Below are positions 25,934 through 34,332 of a stretch of 64,000 nucleotides of DNA, piece after piece. This DNA is from Acidobacteriota bacterium (lineage in GTDB: Bacteria; Acidobacteriota; Blastocatellia; Pyrinomonadales; Pyrinomonadaceae), in the NCBI GenBank assembly GCA_031412675.1, contig JANODL010000152.1, positions 5,018 to 69,017 of the forward strand, written 5' to 3'. The notes beneath the pieces were generated by a model. The model had not been told where the DNA came from. It saw only the letters and a program-made list of their open reading frames with translations, and ran no database searches. How positions within the stretch are numbered: position 1 is the stretch's first letter; each line of letters opens with the position of its first letter. The translations under genes and the position numbers were made by a program.

Positions 25934-27730
25934 ATGGTAAAAAAAATATTATTTACAATCGTTTTCGTGTTGTCGGTGGTTGGCTTTGCCAAAGCGCAAA
26001 CCGCGCCGACGGGAACCGATACGGTTTTGATTCTGCCGTTTGAAAATACCTCGCAAAGAGCCGAATTTAACTGGGTTGGCGAAAGTTTTGCCGATTCTCT
26101 GTCGGATTTATTGAAAGTTCCGAGTTTGAATGTCGTTTCAAACGATGAGCGCAAAATCATTCAGCAGCGTTTGCGCGTTCCTTTGACGAGTTTGCCGAGT
26201 CTGGCAACGTCTCTGAAGCTGGCGCGGGAAAGCAAAGCGACGCTTTTGATTGCGGGAAAATATAATATTGTTCCCGCGCAAGGCGAAACGGCGGCAATCG
26301 TCAGCGTGACGGTGAAAATTGTCCGCGTCAACGAGGGCAGATTTTTGAGCGAGGAATTTGCCGACGGAAGACGAATTACACGCGACATTTATTTGAACGA
26401 TGCTTTGCAAAATCTGCAAACCGTTCAAGGACAAGTTGCTTATCAGATTTTGTATCAGCGCGACAAGGCTTTGCCGTTTGCTCAAAATCAGTTTATCGAA
26501 GCCGCCAATAAAGTCCCGGCGCGGGCTTTTGAAGCATACATTAAAGGTTTGCTGGCTTCGGAAACCGATTCGCAAATGCGCGAAAATTATTTGAAAAACG
26601 CGATGCGGATTTATGCGGAAGAAAAGAGCGGCGCAACTTTCGCAGATGCCGCGCTCGAACTCGGACATCTTTTTCTGAATCAGCGCAAATTTGGCGAAGC
26701 GATTGATTATTTCTCGCGGATTCCGCAAGACTCGACGTTTTATCCCGAAGCCGCGTTTTATACGGGTTTGATTCACTGGCAGCAGCAGAATTACGAACAG
26801 GCTTTGGCGGTTTTGCGACCGCTTGCAGAAGATTTGAAATTAACGAGCGTTTACAACACAATCGGCGCAATTGCGATTCAGGCTTCGCGTGCCGAGAAGA
26901 AAAACAAGGGCAATTCTGCCAAACTTTTGACCGAGGGAATTGATCTTTTGAAAAAAGCTCTGGATTCCGCGCCCGACGAGTCGAATGTGCGATTTAATTA
27001 CGGATTTGCGCGTTTCTTGAATTTGCAATATGCCGAAGCCGCGCAGGAATTGCGTCCGGTTTTAGCGAGCAGTCCGAAAGACGGCGAGAGTTACTTTCTT
27101 CTGGCGAAAACTCTCGAATTGCTGAAAGACGGTTCCGCCGCCGATTTTGACAATCAGGCGCGAAGATTTTTGACCGAAGGCGACCGCTACGCGAAACTTC
27201 AAACCGAATGGGCGCGTTCGCGCACGACCGATACGATTGGAATGCGTGTCATTCAGCCGCCGCGCCGCGATTTTGTCGGTGTGATTTTGCTCAAAAATCA
27301 AACCCGAACGGTGCAAACGCCGGTCAATGAAACCGAAGCGATGCTTGTGCAAGCGCGTCAATTTTATAAAGACGGACGCGATGACGAGGCAATGACGGTT
27401 TTACGGCGCGTTCTGGTCAGCGAACCGATGAGCGCGGAAAGTTATTATCTTTTGGGAATGATTCATTTGCGGCGCGGCGATAAAGAGCAATCGGTGAGCA
27501 GTTTGAAAACCGCTCTGTTTTGGGATAACCGTTTGATAAATGCCTATATCGCATTGGTTAAAATTTATGTTGAGAAAGGCGATTGTCTGCAAGCGAAAAA
27601 CTATATGACTTCCGGTCTCGAGTCTTTGAATCAATTGGAAAGAGATTCGACCTCGACCTCGCAGATTGAAGAGAAAAAACAGGAAGTCGAAGGTTTGCAG
27701 AGACTCGTCGAAAGATGTTCTACCAAGTAA
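25934..27730 (+). CDS. secreted TPR repeat protein
   Basis: Signal peptide MVKKILFTIVFVLSVVGFAKAQ and multiple TPR-like helical repeats (e.g. YYLLGMIHLRRGDKEQSVSSLKTAL). Confidence 0.8.
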   Translation: MVKKILFTIVFVLSVVGFAKAQTAPTGTDTVLILPFENTSQRAEFNWVGESFADSLSDLLKVPSLNVVSNDERKIIQQRLRVPLTSLPSLATSLKLARESKATLLIAGKYNIVPAQGETAAIVSVTVKIVRVNEGRFLSEEFADGRRITRDIYLNDALQNLQTVQGQVAYQILYQRDKALPFAQNQFIEAANKVPARAFEAYIKGLLASETDSQMRENYLKNAMRIYAEEKSGATFADAALELGHLFLNQRKFGEAIDYFSRIPQDSTFYPEAAFYTGLIHWQQQNYEQALAVLRPLAEDLKLTSVYNTIGAIAIQASRAEKKNKGNSAKLLTEGIDLLKKALDSAPDESNVRFNYGFARFLNLQYAEAAQELRPVLASSPKDGESYFLLAKTLELLKDGSAADFDNQARRFLTEGDRYAKLQTEWARSRTTDTIGMRVIQPPRRDFVGVILLKNQTRTVQTPVNETEAMLVQARQFYKDGRDDEAMTVLRRVLVSEPMSAESYYLLGMIHLRRGDKEQSVSSLKTALFWDNRLINAYIALVKIYVEKGDCLQAKNYMTSGLESLNQLERDSTSTSQIEEKKQEVEGLQRLVERCSTK

Positions 27731-27889
27731 TGTTCCAAATAGTGTAACTCTTGCGCTGAGAAACGCCGGGCAGAAGTAAAAAGATCGTTAGTTTGAAAAT
27801 GTTGAAAGATTTGTTAAAGTGCGGTATTTACAGCGTTTTAATGACAAAAAGCAAGTTTGAAACACAAAGTTTTAAGTTTGAAATTCTTT

Positions 27890-27905
27890 TGGCACGCTAT
27901 GTGCA
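27890..27905 (+). promoter_or_regulatory. sigma54 (-24/-12) promoter
   Basis: TGGCACGCTATGTGCA versus the consensus TGGCACG-N4-TTGCW. GG and GC have the correct spacing and only one specified position is mismatched. It lies in an AT-rich intergenic region, and three AGTTTGAAA direct repeats lie upstream (27790, 27854, 27875). Confidence 0.55.
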
Positions 27906-27914
27906 TTAGTGTAA

Positions 27915-28064
27915 AGCGGCTAGCTTGATGCAGTTAATCGAGACCCCGCCGCCAACACTTCTCCGAGCGCGGTTTGCCACTGCACTCGACCACCTTCCGA
28001 GCGTTCCTTCAGTTGTCCTTCCGATTGTGAGCCTAGTCAGCAATGACTAGGCTCTCCTGCTTTT
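27915..28064 (+). ncRNA. candidate sigma54-dependent small RNA (or 40-aa micro-ORF transcript)
   Basis: A GC-rich block in an AT-rich spacer that starts about 12 nt after the -12 element. It ends in a perfect 11-bp stem with a GCAA tetraloop (28029-28054) followed, 6 nt later, by TTTT. It contains several CU-rich motifs (CCTTCC x2, TCCTTC, CTCCTG). Not matched to a known RNA family. Confidence 0.4.
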
Positions 28065-28332
28065 AAAGCCTTTATTTACTGAATATTAAGAAAAATCAAT
28101 GATTACTTGGGTTTGGTCATACCTTTTTGAATCGGTTTCAAGTAAAGGTTTCAATTTGACTGAATGAATACCGAATTATGTAACCGAATGACAAAAATCG
28201 TCATATTTGATTGACAAAATTTGTGCGCCCGTTCAGCCTGACCGTTCAATCTGAATGAAGCTATTTCAAATTGATTGAAATTGACGGATTTGGCTCACAA
28301 CTCACCGAATTTTTTGCTAAACTGTTGGCGAG

Positions 28333-29901
28333 ATGAATAAATTGTCGCGCCTCCGAAAAAATCTGCTTTCGCCTTTAAGCGCGGTTTTATCAATTGTTTC
28401 CGCATTACTTTTAATTTTGGCGTTTCCCGGTTTTGAATTTTCGCTGCTTGCGTGGTTTGCACTCGTGCCGTTATTTTTTGCAATCGAGCGTGAAAAAGAA
28501 TCGGTTGTTAAATCATTTCTGGTCGGCTGGCTTTTCGGATTGGTTTTCTTTTTCGGAACTTGCTGGTGGCTGACTTTTGCGCCGATCACTTACGCCGGAA
28601 TGCCGTGGCTTTTGACTTATTTCTTTATGTTCTGCGCGGCTTCGGTCGTCGGGATTTTTCCGGCAATTTTTAGCGCGCTTTTTTCGATTCTGCTTAAAAG
28701 ATTCGGCAGTTACGCGATTTTGTCCGCCCCGATTCTCTGGACATTCACGGAATTTTTGCGAATTTGGCTGACGGGCAATAATTGGAACGCGATTGGGTAT
28801 TCGCAGGCTTTCAATTATCTTTTGCTTGGCTTTGGAAGTTTCGGAGGCGTTCTGTTGGTAAGTTTTATTTTAGTGGCAATTAACGCTTGCTATGCTGTTC
28901 CGTTTATTAAAAGAACAAAAAATAGTGCTTGGCTTGCTCTCGTTCCCCAGTTAATACTTCTACTTGCAATTCTCCTGAACTTTTCCGCACCGATAATAAA
29001 AAAAGAGGAAGACATAAGAGCTAAAGTAATTGCCGTTCAGCCGAATGTGCCGATGAATGGTTTGACACTTGAAAAATATCAGCAATTGCTCGAACGCCAC
29101 GTTCAACTCGCCGAAAACGCCTTGAAACAACGAACGACGGGCAAAGAACAGCAAACGACCATAATCTTTCCCGAATCGCCGATGATTTTTCAATACGGGC
29201 GCGACGAAGATTTGCAGAAGTTTCTGCGCGATTTTGCCGTGCGGAACAATGCTTCGGTTTTGTTCAATTCCGCCGAATTGACAGCGGAAAAGCGTTTTCT
29301 CAATTCCGCCGTGATGGTCAACGAAAAAGGCGAAAAAACGGCGCAATACGACAAAATTCATCTGCTTCCGTTTGGCGAATACATTCCGTTTCCCGAACCG
29401 CTGGCGAGTCAGATGCCCGCGTTTGTCGGAAATTTCGAGTTCGGCAAGGAATACGATTTATTGCAGTTCGGTGAAGCAAAAGGCGGCGTGATGATTTGTT
29501 TTGAATCGCATTTCGGCGAGCTTTCGCGTGAATACGCATTACGCGGCGCAGACGTTTTAATCGAAATGACGAACGACGGTTATTTGGGAAACACGGCGGT
29601 TTTGCGCCAACATCTCGCCAATTCGGTCTTTCGCGCCGTTGAAACAAATCGTCCGCTTCTGAGAGTCACGAATGTCGGCGTGACGGCTTATATCAACGAA
29701 CGCGGCGAAGTGTCGGACGCGGCTGAAGTTTATACGGAAGCAACGCGGGTTTGGACGGTTTCAAAGTCGGACGGCAAGCAAACAATTTATGTAAAATACG
29801 GCGATTGGTTCGCGTGGCTTTGTTCACTGGTCAGTTTAGCGTTATTATTTGGAAGTTATTTTTATAAGAAAACGCAGATTGTTACAGATTCGCACAAGTA
29901 A
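28333..29901 (+). CDS. lnt: apolipoprotein N-acyltransferase
   Basis: 522 aa with about 7-8 N-terminal TM helices and a C-terminal CN-hydrolase domain (VIAVQPNVP, IFPES, MICFES). Confidence 0.9.
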   Translation: MNKLSRLRKNLLSPLSAVLSIVSALLLILAFPGFEFSLLAWFALVPLFFAIEREKESVVKSFLVGWLFGLVFFFGTCWWLTFAPITYAGMPWLLTYFFMFCAASVVGIFPAIFSALFSILLKRFGSYAILSAPILWTFTEFLRIWLTGNNWNAIGYSQAFNYLLLGFGSFGGVLLVSFILVAINACYAVPFIKRTKNSAWLALVPQLILLLAILLNFSAPIIKKEEDIRAKVIAVQPNVPMNGLTLEKYQQLLERHVQLAENALKQRTTGKEQQTTIIFPESPMIFQYGRDEDLQKFLRDFAVRNNASVLFNSAELTAEKRFLNSAVMVNEKGEKTAQYDKIHLLPFGEYIPFPEPLASQMPAFVGNFEFGKEYDLLQFGEAKGGVMICFESHFGELSREYALRGADVLIEMTNDGYLGNTAVLRQHLANSVFRAVETNRPLLRVTNVGVTAYINERGEVSDAAEVYTEATRVWTVSKSDGKQTIYVKYGDWFAWLCSLVSLALLFGSYFYKKTQIVTDSHK

Positions 29902-29912
29902 TTTATAAGACA

Positions 29913-31011
29913 ATGGAATTAAACGATTTACAGACAAAATACGAAGAAATAAAAGAGAAAGTTACCCAACTTGGGAGGTTTCTTTGACGCGCCTCGGAAA
30001 CAAGCGGAACTTGAGAAATTAGAAAAACAAATTTCCGAACCCGATTTTTGGAACGATTCGGAAAAAGCCCAAAAAATCGTTCAGCAGCGAAGCCGGATTG
30101 AAAAGGCTCTGGAACAGCAGGAAAATTTTGAAAAGTCGGTTTCCGACGCGGAAGTTTTAATCGAATTTGCCGCTTCGGACGAAAGCTCTTTCAAGGAACT
30201 TGAAAATTTAATCAATCGTTTGGAAGGCGAAGTTTCACTTGCCCAAACGCAGAGCTTGCTGTCGGGCGAAACCGATCCGAACAACGCGATTTGTTCGATT
30301 CAATCGGGCGCGGGCGGCACCGACGCGCAAGATTGGGCGCAGATGCTTCTCAGAATGTATCTGCGTTGGGCTGAACGCAAGGGTTTTAAGGTCGAGATAA
30401 TAGATGAACAATCGGGAAGTGAAGCGGGAATCAAGTCGGCGACTTTTCGCGTCGAAGGCGATTACGCTTACGGACTTTTGGCAAATGAAGCGGGCGTGCA
30501 TCGCCTTGTGAGAATTTCGCCGTTCAATTCGGGCGGAAGCCGCGAAACTTCGTTTGCTTCGATGTTCGTTTCCCCCGAAATTGACGAAAATATCGAGGTT
30601 GATATTCAGGACAAGGATTTGCGGATTGATACTTATCGCTCGTCGGGCGCGGGCGGTCAGCACGTCAATGTGACTGATTCGGCGGTCAGAATCACGCATT
30701 TGCCGACAAATATTGTCGTCACTTGTCAGAATCAACGTTCGCAGATTCAGAACCGCGCCGTCGCAATGCAGGTTTTGCGTTCAAAACTATACGAACTCGA
30801 ACTCGAAAAACGCCGCGCCGATTCTGCCGATCTGGAAGCGACCAAACAGGATATTTCGTTCGGTTCGCAGATTCGCAACTACGTTTTGCATCCGTATCGC
30901 CTGGTTAAAGACACGCGGACAAAGTTTGAAGTTTCGGACGTTGAAGCCGTGTTAGACGGCGACATTGACGATTTTATAAAGGAATTTTTGATATTTAAAA
31001 AAGGCGTTTAG
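29913..31011 (+). CDS. prfB: peptide chain release factor 2, with programmed +1 frameshift at CTT TGA C (29982-29988)
   Basis: ORF0 is MELNDLQTKYEEIKEKVTQLGRFL* and has an internal SD-like GGGAGG just upstream of CTTTGAC. The +1 frame continues DAPRKQAELEKLE... and contains the SPF and GGQ motifs. Confidence 0.95.
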
Positions 31012-31203
31012 ACTGGAGCGCAAGCGGCTCGCTTGCCTGAGCGTTTGCTTCAAACGCGAAAAAGCGTCGGTCAACTCGAAACTTAATATGAAACGAAATG
31101 CTCGAGCGCACATAGTTTCGCTTAATTTTAACTCTTTGAGTAATGAACACTTTTTCGCGTCAAAAAACGACGCTCAGGCAAGCGAGCCGCTTGCGCTCCA
31201 GTC
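31011..31203. mobile_element. REPIN/MITE-like element, family 1, copy C
   Basis: GACTGGAGCGCAAGCGGCTCGCTTGCCTGAGCG ... CGCTCAGGCAAGCGAGCCGCTTGCGCTCCAGTC, a perfect 33-nt TIR. It abuts the prfB stop codon and ends 14 nt before the ftsK ATG. Confidence 0.8.
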
Positions 31204-31217
31204 TTGAGTTTACAAAA

Positions 31218-33737
31218 ATGGCGACGACAGCGACAAGAAAAAGACAAACTTCGACGAAACCTAATTCGCGCAGCAATGAAATTATCGCGGTAATTTTACT
31301 GGCTCTGGCAGTTTTAGTTTTTCTTTGTCTGGTTTCTTACAATCCGATGGACCCGACTTTTAACACGGTTTCGTCGCAAAAAGTTCAAAATTTGATTGGC
31401 GTGGTCGGCGCGAATTTTGCCGAATTTTTAGTTTCGATTGTCGGTCTGACTGCGTATCTTTTGCCCGCTTTGATTGTTTTAATGGCGTGGCGCGTTTTTC
31501 GCGCAAAAGATTTACGGCTTTCGCTCGCACAGCTTTTCGGTTATTTTCTTTTCGTTTCTTCGGTTTCGAGTCTTGCCGCGCTGTTTGGTTTTCAAGGCGG
31601 AATGTTAGGCGCGTTTTTCTATAAAATTTTCTTCGGTTTGCTCGGCACGATCGGCACGACGATTCTTTTGGCGGTTTTTACAATCACCTCGCTTTTGCTC
31701 ATCACGAGTCTTTCTTTAGCCTCTTTGTTCGGAAGTTTCGGAATGGCTTTTGAAAATTTCGGGATTCATTTTAACGAATGGCTGACAAAAAGACGCGAAC
31801 GCAGTGCCGAAAGAAAAGCGCAAGTTACCGAAAAAACGGATAATGTATCCGAACCGCAAGCCGTCAAGACGGACAAAGCAAAACCGACAATTTCGTTGGG
31901 CGACATCGTTCCCGCCGCAACCGAAACAAAAAAAGTGAAGATTCGTGAAACGGTTGCCGCGCTTTTTGAAGATCTGAAAAAACCGCCTGAAAAGACGGAA
32001 GAAAAACCTGAAATAATCGAAGAAGAGATTGTTTTGGAGTTGCCCGAAGAAGAGGCAATCATTCCGACAATCTCGGCTTCGGAAGAAAATTTTGAAGAAC
32101 CCGAACAGCTCTTTGAAATTGAAAACGAGCGCGTTGATTTGGTCGCCGAAAGCGAAAAAATCCCGATTACGCCGATTCAGCAAACAGACGAATTGAACGA
32201 AGAATTTCTCGAAATTCCCGAAGCGGAAGCCGAAATCATTCAGCCGAAAAAGCCGCAGAATTTTGAAAATTATATTTTGCCGCCGACTGACTTTTTAACG
32301 CCGGCAATGGCGCGAATCGAGCAAAAAGACGAAGAACTTCTCGCCATCGCGCAGGAATTAACCGATAAAACCAAAGAGTTTAACGTCACCGGACGCGTGA
32401 TGCACATCTGTCAGGGTCCGGTCGTCACGACTTACGAATTCAAACCCGATCCGGGCGTGAAATATTCGCGTGTGACGGGTTTGGCGGACGATTTATGTCT
32501 TGCCTTAAAAGCCGAATCAATCCGCATTGACCGCATTCCGGGCAAGGCGTTTGTCGGCATCGAAGTTCCGAACCGCGAACGCGAAACGATTCAACTGCGC
32601 GAAGTTATCGAATCGAAAAAATTCAAAGATTCAAATTCGATGCTTTCCATCGCGCTCGGCAAATCAATTGACGGGCTGAATTACGTCGCGGATCTGGCGA
32701 AAATGCCGCATTTGCTCATCGCGGGCGCAACCGGCGCGGGAAAATCGGTCGGCGTTAATACGCTTATCGTTTCGATTTTGTATAAAGCGAAACCCGACGA
32801 AGTAAAGCTCATTATGGTTGACCCGAAACAGGTCGAACTCGGTATTTACGCCGACATTCCGCATCTTGCCACGCCGATTATTACCGACCCGAAACGCGCC
32901 GCGATTTCGCTGAAATGGGCAGTCGGGCAAATGGAAAGACGTTATAAAGATTTGGCGGGTTGGGGCGTTCGCAATATTGACGGTTATAACGAACAAGTTA
33001 AAAAACGCAACGACAGCGGACAATTCGACGACAATGGCGAACCTTGGAAAAAATTGCCGTTTATCGTGATTATCATTGACGAACTCGCCGATTTGATGAT
33101 GGTGGCGGGCAAGGATGTCGAAGAATCAATTACAAGATTGGCGCAAATGGCGCGTGCCGTCGGAATTCATCTGGTTTTAGCGACACAAAGACCTTCGGTT
33201 GATGTCATTACGGGTTTGATTAAAGCGAATTTTCCGTCGCGCATTTCGTTCCGCGTTTCGTCAAAAGTAGATTCGCGCACGATTATTGACGCAAACGGCG
33301 CGGAAAGTCTGCTCGGCAAAGGCGATATGCTTTTTCTGCCGCCCGGAACGTCGAATTTGATCCGCGTTCACGGTGCGTTTGTGGATGAGAAGGAAATTCA
33401 TAAAATCGTCGAACATGTCAAAGCGCAGGGCAATCCCGAATACGACACGACCATCACGAAAACCGACGATGAACTCGACGATTCGGGCGATTTGCCGGGC
33501 AAAAAAGACCCTTTGTTTTGGGACGCGGTAAAAAGTGTCGTGTCGGCAAAACGCGCTTCGACTTCGCTTTTGCAGCGTCATTTACGCATCGGTTACGGAC
33601 GTGCCGCCGCGATTTTGGACGCGATGGTGCGCGAAGGCTACATCGGCGAAATGGACGGCAGCACACGCGCCCGTCCGATTTTGCAGAAGGCTTACGAAGA
33701 TTTGCAAGACATCGAAGAAATGAATAATCAGCAGTAA
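31218..33737 (+). CDS. ftsK: DNA translocase FtsK
   Basis: N-terminal TM helices, an acidic linker, a motor domain with Walker A GATGAGKS, and a gamma domain LLQRHLRIGYGRAAAILD. The start was moved to MATTATRK because the 25-codon extension in the ORF track lies inside the repeat element. Confidence 0.95.
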   Translation: MATTATRKRQTSTKPNSRSNEIIAVILLALAVLVFLCLVSYNPMDPTFNTVSSQKVQNLIGVVGANFAEFLVSIVGLTAYLLPALIVLMAWRVFRAKDLRLSLAQLFGYFLFVSSVSSLAALFGFQGGMLGAFFYKIFFGLLGTIGTTILLAVFTITSLLLITSLSLASLFGSFGMAFENFGIHFNEWLTKRRERSAERKAQVTEKTDNVSEPQAVKTDKAKPTISLGDIVPAATETKKVKIRETVAALFEDLKKPPEKTEEKPEIIEEEIVLELPEEEAIIPTISASEENFEEPEQLFEIENERVDLVAESEKIPITPIQQTDELNEEFLEIPEAEAEIIQPKKPQNFENYILPPTDFLTPAMARIEQKDEELLAIAQELTDKTKEFNVTGRVMHICQGPVVTTYEFKPDPGVKYSRVTGLADDLCLALKAESIRIDRIPGKAFVGIEVPNRERETIQLREVIESKKFKDSNSMLSIALGKSIDGLNYVADLAKMPHLLIAGATGAGKSVGVNTLIVSILYKAKPDEVKLIMVDPKQVELGIYADIPHLATPIITDPKRAAISLKWAVGQMERRYKDLAGWGVRNIDGYNEQVKKRNDSGQFDDNGEPWKKLPFIVIIIDELADLMMVAGKDVEESITRLAQMARAVGIHLVLATQRPSVDVITGLIKANFPSRISFRVSSKVDSRTIIDANGAESLLGKGDMLFLPPGTSNLIRVHGAFVDEKEIHKIVEHVKAQGNPEYDTTITKTDDELDDSGDLPGKKDPLFWDAVKSVVSAKRASTSLLQRHLRIGYGRAAAILDAMVREGYIGEMDGSTRARPILQKAYEDLQDIEEMNNQQ

Positions 33738-33842
33738 AAAGTTTTCTACAGAACTTCAGAAGTATTCTGTGGTTTTTTAGTCATTTTGAGTAAAGTCGCT
33801 GATTTTGAAGTAAGTAAATCAAGAACATTATGACTTGCGGAG

Positions 33843-33891
33843 TTTTCCACAATTCCTGTGGAAAACGGCTGTGGAAAACTGCTTTTCCACA
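33843..33891. promoter_or_regulatory. cluster of four DnaA boxes (TTTTCCACA)
   Basis: TTTTCCACA (33843-51), TGTGGAAAA (33857-65), TGTGGAAAA (33870-78) and TTTTCCACA (33883-91). All fit TTWTNCACA, are spaced 4-5 nt apart and are followed by an AT-rich tract. Confidence 0.6.
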
Positions 33892-33973
33892 CAGTTAAAT
33901 GTTGCAGTTTAATGAACTTTTAGCATTTTGCACACAATAAATGCAAAAAAAAAATGATGAATGCAAAGAAAAA

Positions 33974-34318
33974 ATGAATTCCAGTAAATTACATTATTTC
34001 AACATTTACCGTTTCATAATTAAACTTTTAGCTTTACTGGTTTTTTGCTTTTTGATTGTTTCTTGTAACAAAAAAGAAACACAACAAATTTCAACTGTTG
34101 AAAATAAAGTCAAAGTTGCCGAAAACGCTGTTAATATTAACACGGCTTCGGTCGCAACACTCGAAAAATTGCCGAATGTCGGGGCGAAACTGGCGCAAAG
34201 GATTGTCGAGCATCGTGAAAAATACGGAAAGTTCCGTCGTGCTGAACATCTGATTTTGGTGCAGGGAATCAGTGACAAACGCTTTCGGCAGATGCAAAAT
34301 TTGATAAAAACCGAATAA
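33974..34318 (+). CDS. comEA: ComEA family helix-hairpin-helix DNA-binding protein (lipoprotein-like signal)
   Basis: NINTASVATLEKLPNVGAKLAQRIVEHREKYGKFRRAEHLILVQGI is the ComEA HhH signature. The start was chosen at MNSSKL, which gives the lipobox LIVSC. The longer ORF begins at 33941. Confidence 0.8.
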   Translation: MNSSKLHYFNIYRFIIKLLALLVFCFLIVSCNKKETQQISTVENKVKVAENAVNINTASVATLEKLPNVGAKLAQRIVEHREKYGKFRRAEHLILVQGISDKRFRQMQNLIKTE

Positions 34319-34332
34319 AATAATTTCCGCAA

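Noticed and set aside
33738-33973. Calling the DnaA-box cluster the chromosomal origin (oriC).
   Set aside because: There is no dnaA/dnaN neighbourhood, no obvious switch in gene-strand bias around it, and I cannot compute GC skew here. It is kept as a DnaA-binding cluster of unknown role, not an origin call.
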